This document shows positions 7,302 to 14,330 of a stretch of 17,761 nucleotides of DNA, one piece after another. Made by a program: the position numbers and the translations under genes. This DNA is from Sulfurimonadaceae bacterium (GTDB lineage: Bacteria; Campylobacterota; Campylobacteria; Campylobacterales; Sulfurimonadaceae): NCBI GenBank assembly GCA_041562555.1, contig JBFEXS010000035.1, positions 1 to 17,761 on the forward strand, given 5' to 3'. The notes under the pieces are model-generated. The model had not been told where the DNA came from and did not search any database. It saw only the letters and a program-made list of their open reading frames with translations. Position 1 is the first letter of the stretch. Each line of letters begins with the position of its first letter.

Positions 7302-8542
7302 CTCTCTCTTGAAGCACGTTGATAGGCTAGGACCATTGCCTTATTGAGTTGAGATTGGGAAATGCCGAGCGTTTGCAGGAGCATAGGAATCTCACTGAAG
7401 CTGTTACGTTCAACGGCGATACAGAGTTTTAGCAGATCTCCCAAGATCCCCTTTTTTTCCAATAAGGCATTTGAAATAGATTCATCCAATCCCATTTGTG
7501 TCAGGATCGTCTCGAAACTGCTTTGAAAGATCGCTTCAGCCAGGGATAGCATCCCTGTAAGATAGGCAGAAACATGTAAATCAGGAGTGGAGCTCTCAGG
7601 CAGGACTTGGGCAAGTTCTTGCATCAGAGAAGCCCGTGATTTTGCTATTTTCCCCAGTGTTGAAGTGATTTCGTTTTTCTTGTTAGTGTTGCCCCGTTGT
7701 GCATAGATCATCAGTTCCACCCAATTACTGAGCTTTTCCCTGCCTAGAATGATAAGAGCCTGATCAATGGAGGAGATCTTTTCGATGCTGTTGCCATGGT
7801 GCATATGTATGAACTTCAGCAGATTGATGCTCAGATAAGGTGTCGTATTGAAGATATGTAGGATCTCTTCGAGGGAAGCATCTCTTTTTAGAAGGTAAAG
7901 AAGGCTAAGTAGGGTCTGGCTGTCGGGATCGATCATCTCCCGCGTATAGACCTGCGGTTTTGAAAAATAGTAGCCTTCATAGAAGTGAAAGCCTTCGTTT
8001 TTTGCCCATTCAAAATCTTCCTGGTCTTCAATTTTTTCTGCGATACAGCGTATGTCCATCGTACGAAGCTGCTCAAGCATCTCTTTGACAGTGTCTCGGG
8101 CATTATGGCGTATATCTATCTTTACATAAGATATATAGGAAAAAAGATGGTGAAAACTTTGGAGGAAGTCGGCATCGGACTTATAATGGTTTAAAGCAAA
8201 TTGATACCCCTTGGTATGCAGTTCCTGTATACGGGAGATAAGCGCTTCAGATACGATGGAATCTTCGAGTATCTCGAGTACGAAATGCTTTTCACTGATA
8301 GAGTAGATGAGATCATCACAGATCGCTTTTTCGTCTACTTTGATAAAAGCGGGCTTGAGTTCGGTCAGACTTTTGAGACCGATATAGTTAAGCGCATTGA
8401 CCAGGACTCTTGCCGTTGCTTTGACATTATCATCCACGATGGTGTGATTGGCATCTGTAGAGCGGTGCAAGAGCTCATAGGCGAAGACCTCTCCACCGCT
8501 GTTCATGATAGGCATACGGCCGAGATAGACGGACAGTTCCAT
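7298..8542 (-). CDS. EAL + HDOD domain protein (YuxH/PdeH-like architecture) with a degenerate EAL active site
   Basis: RMPI...FAYELLHR, YVKID, IAEKIE, EGYYFSKP, followed by an HDOD-like region (ISSIDQALIILG, AYLTGMLS). Confidence 0.9.
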   Translation of the reverse strand: MELSVYLGRMPIMNSGGEVFAYELLHRSTDANHTIVDDNVKATARVLVNALNYIGLKSLTELKPAFIKVDEKAICDDLIYSISEKHFVLEILEDSIVSEALISRIQELHTKGYQFALNHYKSDADFLQSFHHLFSYISYVKIDIRHNARDTVKEMLEQLRTMDIRCIAEKIEDQEDFEWAKNEGFHFYEGYYFSKPQVYTREMIDPDSQTLLSLLYLLKRDASLEEILHIFNTTPYLSINLLKFIHMHHGNSIEKISSIDQALIILGREKLSNWVELMIYAQRGNTNKKNEITSTLGKIAKSRASLMQELAQVLPESSTPDLHVSAYLTGMLSLAEAIFQSSFETILTQMGLDESISNALLEKKGILGDLLKLCIAVERNSFSEIPMLLQTLGISQSQLNKAMVLAYQRASRES

Positions 8543-8588
8543 AAATTCCCCTTTTCATAGGGTATATCATAGGGGCTTGTCTATTAAT

Positions 8589-9596
8589 CTAAATTAAATT
8601 TTTCAACTTAACCTTGGCAGGGAATTGCATGGTGACGCAGTGCAGACTTCCGTGTTGTCGGATCAGTGTTGAACAATCGATGGGGATGATCTTCCTGTCT
8701 TCAAAGCAGTTACCCAGGGTCTCGATGGCCAGTGCATCGTGTTCATCATTATAGATCGGTAACAAAATCGCTTCGTTCAAGATCAAGAAGTTGGCGTAGG
8801 TGGCTGGGAGGCGTTCGTCGTCATCGTAAATCGCTCGGGTAAAAGGTAGGGGTACAAGCGTAAAGGGCTCTCCTTGGGGATTCGTAAAGCTTTGAAGTTG
8901 TTTTTCCATCTTGTGCAGTTCTTCATAATGCTCATCAGCCTCGTCGTCACATTTGAGATACACGATCGTATGCTCATCTACGAAGCGTGCAAGGGTATCG
9001 ATGTGGGAATCGGTGTCATCACCGCTAAGGTATCCATGATCAAGACAGAGTATCTGTTCGACACCAAGATACTGTTTCAACAGTGTCAGGCTCTCTTCTT
9101 TACTTAGCTGGTTCCGATTGGCGTTAAAGACGCACTCTGACGTGATGAGCAGGGTACCCTTCCCATTGCTCTCTATACCGCCTCCTTCAAGTATGAAGTC
9201 TATGGTTTGGATGGGAGCATCATAATAATCGCAAAGGTTTCGGCTGAGAGCATTATCCAGAGTGGCTTCAAACTTGCCTCCCCAGGCATTGAAGGTAAAG
9301 TCCAAAAGCAGTGCTTTATCATTTTCATATACACTGATAGCAGAGCAATCGCGTGCCCAAGTATCATTGGTCGCACTCTGGACGAAATGCAGATTCCTAT
9401 GCAGCAAAAACTTGGAGCGGACATAGTCCGGATCATGGCATACGACAAGGCAGGATTGGTGATCGGCGATGGCATTGATAATCTCGATAAAGTTCTCTTC
9501 AGCCTCTTCAAGATAGTCTGCCCAATCACTCTGTGCATGGGGGAAAATGATCTGTATAAAAGATTGTTCTTCAAATTCTGCAGGGAGTCTTCTCAA
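8589..9596 (-). CDS. aguA: Agmatine deiminase (Porphyromonas-type PAD family)
   Basis: RLPAEFE, DTWARD, FNAWGGKF, LEGGGIESNG, DDTDSHID, TYANF, GSLHCVT (catalytic Cys). TTG start with AAGGA RBS. Confidence 0.92.
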   Translation of the reverse strand: MRRLPAEFEEQSFIQIIFPHAQSDWADYLEEAEENFIEIINAIADHQSCLVVCHDPDYVRSKFLLHRNLHFVQSATNDTWARDCSAISVYENDKALLLDFTFNAWGGKFEATLDNALSRNLCDYYDAPIQTIDFILEGGGIESNGKGTLLITSECVFNANRNQLSKEESLTLLKQYLGVEQILCLDHGYLSGDDTDSHIDTLARFVDEHTIVYLKCDDEADEHYEELHKMEKQLQSFTNPQGEPFTLVPLPFTRAIYDDDERLPATYANFLILNEAILLPIYNDEHDALAIETLGNCFEDRKIIPIDCSTLIRQHGSLHCVTMQFPAKVKLKNLI

Positions 9597-9608
9597 TTAA
9601 TTTTCCTT

Positions 9609-9617
9609 TGATATAAT
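9609..9617 (+). promoter_or_regulatory. Consensus extended -10 (TGaTATAAT) 6 nt before the alr ATG; probable leaderless transcript
   Basis: tgatataat-gcgctc-ATG; no Shine-Dalgarno in between. Confidence 0.65.
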
Positions 9618-9623
9618 GCGCTC

Positions 9624-10616
9624 ATGTCTTTTATTCAACTTAGTAAATCAGCACTCTTTAATAATCTTGACATTATCGCGCAAAAAACTGCAGATAAAGA
9701 TAAAATCGCCCTGGTTTTAAAAGATAATGCATATGGACACGGTCTTATCCAGATAGCACAGCTCGCCCATGAGTATGGCATTACAAAGTCCGTGGTCCGT
9801 CGTGAAGAAGAGGCAGAACAGATTCAGGACTTTTTTGACTATGTTTTGATCCTCGCTCCACAGTTTCCTGTCTCAAACCATCCAAAGTTTGTCTATACGA
9901 TCAATGCACTCGGAGATATTGAAAAGTTTGCACATGGTAGCCGGGTTGAGCTGAAGATCGATACGGGAATGCACCGAAACGGCATCACGGCAGATGAGGC
10001 TGAAAAAGCCATGCAGATGATCCATAAGAAGGGTCTGAAACTCGAGGGTATATTTACCCATCACCGTTCGGCAGATACCATGAGTGCAGAATGGTTTTGG
10101 CAAAAGAAGAACTTTGAAGCTATCAAACAGAAGTACCCGGGACTGCGGTATCACTCCTGCAACTCGGCTGCACTTTTTAGAGAAAAGAACTTTGATGAAG
10201 ATATGGTACGTATCGGAATCGCTGCCTACGGATGTCTGGAGATGGACAGAGGATTCGACGCGGAGGGATTAGAACCGGTACTGTCACTTTACGGACAGAG
10301 GATAAGCAGTAGAACGGTGTCAAAGGGACAAAGAGTGGGCTATAACGCCACTTTCGAAGCACCTGGTGATGTCTTTGTAAGTAATTATGATGTCGGATAT
10401 GCTGACGGGCTTTCCAGAAGACTCTCCAACCGATACAAGACACCCGATGGAGTGGCATTGATCGGTCGGGTATCCATGGATAACAGTTCGTATATCAGTG
10501 ATAAAGAGGAACTCCTTATCTTTCATGACGCCAGAGAGATCGCTTCTTATTGTGAGACGATCGCCTATGAGATGCTGACATCTCTGTCACATGCCATTCC
10601 GCGCCATATTGTATAA
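9624..10616 (+). CDS. alr: Alanine racemase
   Basis: PLP-lysine motif VLKDNAYGHG, KIDTGMHRNG, HSCNSAA, VRIGIAAYG, catalytic Tyr in VGY, GYADG, GRVSMD. Confidence 0.95.
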   Translation: MSFIQLSKSALFNNLDIIAQKTADKDKIALVLKDNAYGHGLIQIAQLAHEYGITKSVVRREEEAEQIQDFFDYVLILAPQFPVSNHPKFVYTINALGDIEKFAHGSRVELKIDTGMHRNGITADEAEKAMQMIHKKGLKLEGIFTHHRSADTMSAEWFWQKKNFEAIKQKYPGLRYHSCNSAALFREKNFDEDMVRIGIAAYGCLEMDRGFDAEGLEPVLSLYGQRISSRTVSKGQRVGYNATFEAPGDVFVSNYDVGYADGLSRRLSNRYKTPDGVALIGRVSMDNSSYISDKEELLIFHDAREIASYCETIAYEMLTSLSHAIPRHIV

Positions 10617-11354
10617 ATGCAAGACGAACAGCTGGAAATCCTGTACCGGGATACGCACATCATCGCAATCAATAAACCTTCGGGGCTTTTAGTGCACCGC
10701 TCATGGATCGATAAAGATGAGACACGTTTTGCAATTCAGCTGCTTCGGGATCAGATCGGTCAGTATGTATACCCTGTCCATCGTCTGGATAAGCCGACAT
10801 CGGGTGTTTTGCTGTTTGCATTGAGCAAGGAGGTCGCACGTTCTTTGTCCGAGCAGATGCAAGAAGGAAAATTCCAAAAGGAGTATATTGCCGTCGTACG
10901 TGGGTATACCGAGCCTATGGGTACAATCGATTATGCGCTCAAAGAGGTGTTGGATAAGATGACCGATGCAAAGGCGAGAATGGATAAAGAGGCCCAGGAA
11001 GCGGTAACTTTTTATGAGACTATAGGGCAGGTTGAACTTCCTTTTAGTGTAGGAAGATATCCTACGGCGCGTTACTCTTTGCTCCGTATCAAGCCTCAAA
11101 CGGGGCGTAAACATCAGCTGCGCCGGCATATGAAACATATCCTGCACCCTATCGTAGGGGATACCAAGTACGGCAGAGGGGAGCACAACCGGTTCTTTAG
11201 AGAGACCTTTGATTGTCACAGGTTATTACTGCATGCCTCGAAATTGTGTTTTTCTCATCCTGTCTCGCAGGAGGCAGTCGAAATCAAAGCCGGTATTGAT
11301 GTGACTTTTGAACGGGTTTTCAATGCTTGCGGATTTTCATCTTTGGATAGTTGA
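10617..11354 (+). CDS. truC: tRNA pseudouridine(65) synthase TruC (RluA family)
   Basis: NKPSGLLVHRSWID, LRDQIGQYVYPVHRLDKPTSG, GRYPTARYSL, TGRKHQLRRHMKHI, GDTKYG; these are TruC-typical motifs. Confidence 0.9.
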   Translation: MQDEQLEILYRDTHIIAINKPSGLLVHRSWIDKDETRFAIQLLRDQIGQYVYPVHRLDKPTSGVLLFALSKEVARSLSEQMQEGKFQKEYIAVVRGYTEPMGTIDYALKEVLDKMTDAKARMDKEAQEAVTFYETIGQVELPFSVGRYPTARYSLLRIKPQTGRKHQLRRHMKHILHPIVGDTKYGRGEHNRFFRETFDCHRLLLHASKLCFSHPVSQEAVEIKAGIDVTFERVFNACGFSSLDS

Positions 11355-11381
11355 AAAGATATGCCGAGAAAATCGTATATC

Positions 11382-11395
11382 TTGACATTTGTCAA
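11382..11395. promoter_or_regulatory. Crp/Fnr-family binding site TTGAC-N4-GTCAA upstream of the globin gene
   Basis: Perfect 5-4-5 palindrome ttgac-attt-gtcaa. With the -10 TATACT at 11418-11423, its centre falls at about -41.5. Confidence 0.75.
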
Positions 11396-11446
11396 TATCT
11401 ATTCCTGAACTCTGTTCTATACTTCCGGAAAATTAAAGGAAGTACT

Positions 11447-11872
11447 ATGAATGAACAAACAATAAATATCGTGAAATCAACCGCTCCGGTTATTAAAGAA
11501 CATGGTGAGGCTATCACCACTGCAATGTATAAACATCTTTTTAAAGCACACCCTGAGGCAGAAGCCTTGTTTAAGAATGCATCAGCTGACCAATATAAGA
11601 AGTTGGCACAGATGGTATACGCTTATGCAGCAAATATCGATAATCTGGCAGCACTGGAAGGCGGCGTTGACAAAGTGGCTAAAATCCATGTTGATGCAGC
11701 GGTCAAAGCAGAACATTACCCTTGGGTAGGTGAAGCGATCCTGGCAGCGATCAAAGAGGTTTTGGCAGAACAGGCCACTGAAGAGATCCTTAATGCATGG
11801 GAAGAAGCATTCGTCTTTTTGGCAGGTGTCTTTATAGAAAAAGAGGAAGCCTTATATACCGCCAAAGCGTAA
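11447..11872 (+). CDS. Single-domain bacterial haemoglobin (Vgb/Cgb-like)
   Basis: Start moved to ATG 11447 (AAGGA RBS upstream). VKSTAPVIKEHG, TyrB10 (MYKHLF), GlnE7 (DQYKKLA), AYAANIDNL, HisF8 (VAKIHV), EHYPWVG; no reductase domain. Confidence 0.92.
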   Translation: MNEQTINIVKSTAPVIKEHGEAITTAMYKHLFKAHPEAEALFKNASADQYKKLAQMVYAYAANIDNLAALEGGVDKVAKIHVDAAVKAEHYPWVGEAILAAIKEVLAEQATEEILNAWEEAFVFLAGVFIEKEEALYTAKA

Positions 11873-11877
11873 GTTGG

Positions 11878-11919
11878 CTACGGCAGGCTAGATAAGGCGT
11901 CTGGCCTGCCAGTAGTTTT
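11878..11919 (+). terminator. Intrinsic terminator for the globin gene, overlapping the 3' end of the convergent NlpC/P60 gene
   Basis: ctac-ggcaggctaga / loop taaggcg / tctggcctgcc-a-gtag (15 bp with one G-U pair and one bulge), followed by tttt. Confidence 0.6.
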
Positions 11920-12391
11920 CCTTCCAATAGCCGCTGTACATCGTTGAGATGATCACGCCCTTGCTCGTGGAGGCATGGACGAATTTCCCCTTTTCAAGAT
12001 AGATACCTACATGGCGTACATTAAGACCTGTCTTAAAAAAGACGAGGTCTCCGGCATTAAGCTGATTGATGTAAACCCGCTTGCCTTGCTTGACCTGCTC
12101 TTTGGTTGAGCGTGGCAGGTCGATATCAAAGAGTGAACGGTAGGTCTGATGCACAAATCCCGAACAGTCCACACCGTTTTTAGATAGACCGCCATATCGG
12201 TAGGGTGCACCTTTCCAACCGTGATATTGGGCATACAGACGTTTGAGTGTGCTACTCTTCCCTTGTGTACTTGGAATAGAGGGGACGGATCGGGTACTTT
12301 TGAGATGCGTGTTATTCGGTGTTGGAGTGGGTTTACGGGAGCATCCGCTAAGAATCATCAGGGATGCAAGGATAAGGGCTAAATATTTCAT
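11888..12391 (-). CDS. NlpC/P60 family lipoprotein (peptidoglycan endopeptidase)
   Basis: Lipobox LSG-C, PYRYGG, DCSG (catalytic Cys), GDLVFF, HVGIY, FVHAS. Confidence 0.93.
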   Translation of the reverse strand: MKYLALILASLMILSGCSRKPTPTPNNTHLKSTRSVPSIPSTQGKSSTLKRLYAQYHGWKGAPYRYGGLSKNGVDCSGFVHQTYRSLFDIDLPRSTKEQVKQGKRVYINQLNAGDLVFFKTGLNVRHVGIYLEKGKFVHASTSKGVIISTMYSGYWKENYWQARRLI

Positions 12392-12397
12392 GATGGT

Positions 12398-12406
12398 ATC
12401 TTAGCA
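12398..12406 (-). promoter_or_regulatory. Extended -10 (TGcTAAGAT) 6 nt before the NlpC/P60 ATG; possible leaderless transcript
   Basis: The minus strand reads tgctaagat-accatc-ATG, with no Shine-Dalgarno. Confidence 0.45.
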
Positions 12407-12416
12407 AAACTTATAC

Positions 12417-12509
12417 CTAGGGATGCTGTTTTTTCTCATGGGAACTGAGATAGATGAAGATTAGAAACAGAAGGATGCTTGCTGTTAAAGTGATGATAAA
12501 GAGTGCCAT
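12417..12509 (-). CDS. Small single-TM protein, 30 aa (MALFIITLTASILLFLIFIYLSSHEKKQHP); not in the ORF track
   Basis: GGAG at 12519-12516, 6-nt spacer, ATG at 12509, TAG at 12419-12417. About 20 hydrophobic residues, then a polar/basic tail. Confidence 0.6.
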   Translation of the reverse strand: MALFIITLTASILLFLIFIYLSSHEKKQHP

Positions 12510-12566
12510 AGTCTTCTCCAAAGTTAAAGAAGAAGTCTATCGACAGCTTGTGTGAAAATTGTGGAT

Positions 12567-12956
12567 TTATGAGATCTTGATGATGGCTTCGGAGAAGATA
12601 GCCCCATCAATCCCCTCACTGGCGATCTCTTCGATCTGGTCCTCATCATCAATCTGAACAAGTATCTTGGCGTCAAACAGATAGTGATCTGCTGCATTTT
12701 GCACACTTTTCGCAATCTTGTCAGAGACAATCAGGTATTTGGCACCTAGGTTTTCACAGATGACGGCTTCGCGAAGGGAAGCGATATGGAGTCCGAAGTT
12801 GATATCGTTTGCTTGAGCATGCTCGATGAGTTCAAAGACTTCACCGTCGCAAGAGAACAAAAGGGTACTGTTGGACGGTGTGTGTTCGATGGCCTCAATA
12901 GAACCGACATGATACAATTTCTCATAGGGAATGTGCGGATGTCCAAATAGAAGCAT
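12567..12956 (-). CDS. Conserved-looking hypothetical protein of Campylobacterota
   Basis: 129-aa ORF 1 nt downstream of the PP0621-like gene. Motifs (LGAKYLIV, AKSVQNAADHYLFDAKIL, GIDGAIF) resemble an epsilonproteobacterial hypothetical family, from recall only. Confidence 0.75.
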   Translation of the reverse strand: MLLFGHPHIPYEKLYHVGSIEAIEHTPSNSTLLFSCDGEVFELIEHAQANDINFGLHIASLREAVICENLGAKYLIVSDKIAKSVQNAADHYLFDAKILVQIDDEDQIEEIASEGIDGAIFSEAIIKIS

Positions 12957-12957
12957 A

Positions 12958-13182
12958 TCAGGCCTTTAGACACTCATCAGAACAGAAATAGTTTCCGTCC
13001 CGGAGTAGGGCTTCTTTGAGGGTAATATAGGTCCCGCAACTGGTACATTCAACCATGTCATCATCATTTAATTTCTCTTTTTTCGGGTTTGTGCTCTTCT
13101 CACTGTCGCTTAGGGGCTTTTTCTTGATAAATAGAAAATAGACCAGCCCGATCACGGCAATAACGAGTAACCATTTAAGCAT
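12958..13182 (-). CDS. PP0621-family small membrane protein with a Cys metal-binding motif
   Basis: N-terminal TM, then MVECTSCGTYI...EAL...YFCSDEC (CxxC...CxxxC). Confidence 0.85.
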   Translation of the reverse strand: MLKWLLVIAVIGLVYFLFIKKKPLSDSEKSTNPKKEKLNDDDMVECTSCGTYITLKEALLRDGNYFCSDECLKA

Positions 13183-13202
13183 AAGGATCTCTTTTTTTGT
13201 CT

Positions 13203-13219
13203 AATTATATACTATAATT
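13203..13219. promoter_or_regulatory. Back-to-back -10 boxes forming a palindrome (bidirectional promoter)
   Basis: aattata-tac-tataatt: TATAAT on minus at 13204-13209 and TATAAT on plus at 13213-13218, between divergent genes. Confidence 0.55.
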
Positions 13220-13238
13220 CCGCTTTTCAAGGAGTAAC

Positions 13239-13619
13239 ATGTTTGATTTTATGGACAGTGATGCGTTTATTATAGGCTTAGAAGTACTTTTTCTAAGTTT
13301 TATCGCCTATGATGCATATAAGTACTCAAAAACTAAAAAACGAGAGTATATACTCAATATCGTCATGGCAATCGGTTTTGGTCTGTGGGTATTGATCCCT
13401 TTTTACTCCAAATACTATAAATGGGATGAGCAGCAGCGTGAGACACTTAATCAAGAGTGTCTGAGCGAGCATAATCAGAGTTACTGCAGTTGCGTGGATG
13501 ATATGATTTATAAGGCATATAGTTTTTCAGAATATAAGCAGATGGACAAGGAAAACAGTGCCTATCTTGAATTCATTGAAGCGTCTAAAAAAGAGTGCTT
13601 TGAGGACTCATGGTTTTAG
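13239..13619 (+). CDS. Hypothetical membrane protein (2 TM plus a four-Cys C-terminal domain)
   Basis: AAGGAG RBS, two hydrophobic segments, then C-x7-C-x-C...C. Overlaps the next gene by 10 nt. Confidence 0.75.
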   Translation: MFDFMDSDAFIIGLEVLFLSFIAYDAYKYSKTKKREYILNIVMAIGFGLWVLIPFYSKYYKWDEQQRETLNQECLSEHNQSYCSCVDDMIYKAYSFSEYKQMDKENSAYLEFIEASKKECFEDSWF

Positions 13620-14281
13620 AGGTAGTTTATGAGAACGAGCAGTTTATACTCTTCAATAAACCCTCAGGTCTTAGTTTTCACAGTGAAGAGGGGAAGGGTT
13701 TTGTTGTCAGGGCTGAAGAGCAGACGGGTCTGAAACTCTACAGTGTGCATCGCCTCGATAAGATGACCTCAGGTCTGATACTGCTAGCCAAAAGCAGTGA
13801 AACTGCCCATCTGCTCAGTCAGCTTTTTGAAGAGCGCAGGGTCGAAAAGTTTTATCTGGCTATCTCTACACGAAAACCGAAGAAGAAGCAGGGATGGATA
13901 AAGGGTGATATGGCGCCTTCGCGCAGAGGGTCCTACAAACTTTTGGAGAGTAAAGAGAATCAGGCCATTACCCAGTTTGTCTCTACAGCACTTCGAACCC
14001 ATGAACGCTTTTTCCTCATCAAGCCGCATACGGGAAAGACCCATCAAATCAGGGTTGCTTTGAAGTCCCTGGGTGCTCCCATATCAGGGGATATGCGATA
14101 TGCGGCAAAAGAAGATGCTCAAAAGGAAGAGCGTGGATATCTGCACGCATACGCATTAAAGTTTGTTCTGAATGATCAACTATACCATTTTCTCCTTCCG
14201 CCTCAAGAGGGAGAGCGCTTCATCAGTGCCGAATGCAAAGAGGCTTTGGCCTTGTGGCAAAAACCATGGGAACTGTTTTAA
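13610..14281 (+). CDS. RluA-family pseudouridine synthase (TIGR01621-like)
   Basis: NKPSGLSFH, VHRLDKMTSG (catalytic Asp), KFYLAIS..KPKKKQG, TGKTHQIRVALKSLG, GYLHAY; no S4 domain. Confidence 0.9.
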   Translation: MVLEVVYENEQFILFNKPSGLSFHSEEGKGFVVRAEEQTGLKLYSVHRLDKMTSGLILLAKSSETAHLLSQLFEERRVEKFYLAISTRKPKKKQGWIKGDMAPSRRGSYKLLESKENQAITQFVSTALRTHERFFLIKPHTGKTHQIRVALKSLGAPISGDMRYAAKEDAQKEERGYLHAYALKFVLNDQLYHFLLPPQEGERFISAECKEALALWQKPWELF

Positions 14282-14330
14282 ATAAGACATCTACGTTATA
14301 CTTCCACTATCTATTTAAAAGAAGCCCATC

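Noticed and set aside
11351..11446. 32-aa N-terminal extension of the globin
   Set aside because: This stretch contains the Crp/Fnr box, -10 and RBS; the globin fold starts at ATG 11447.
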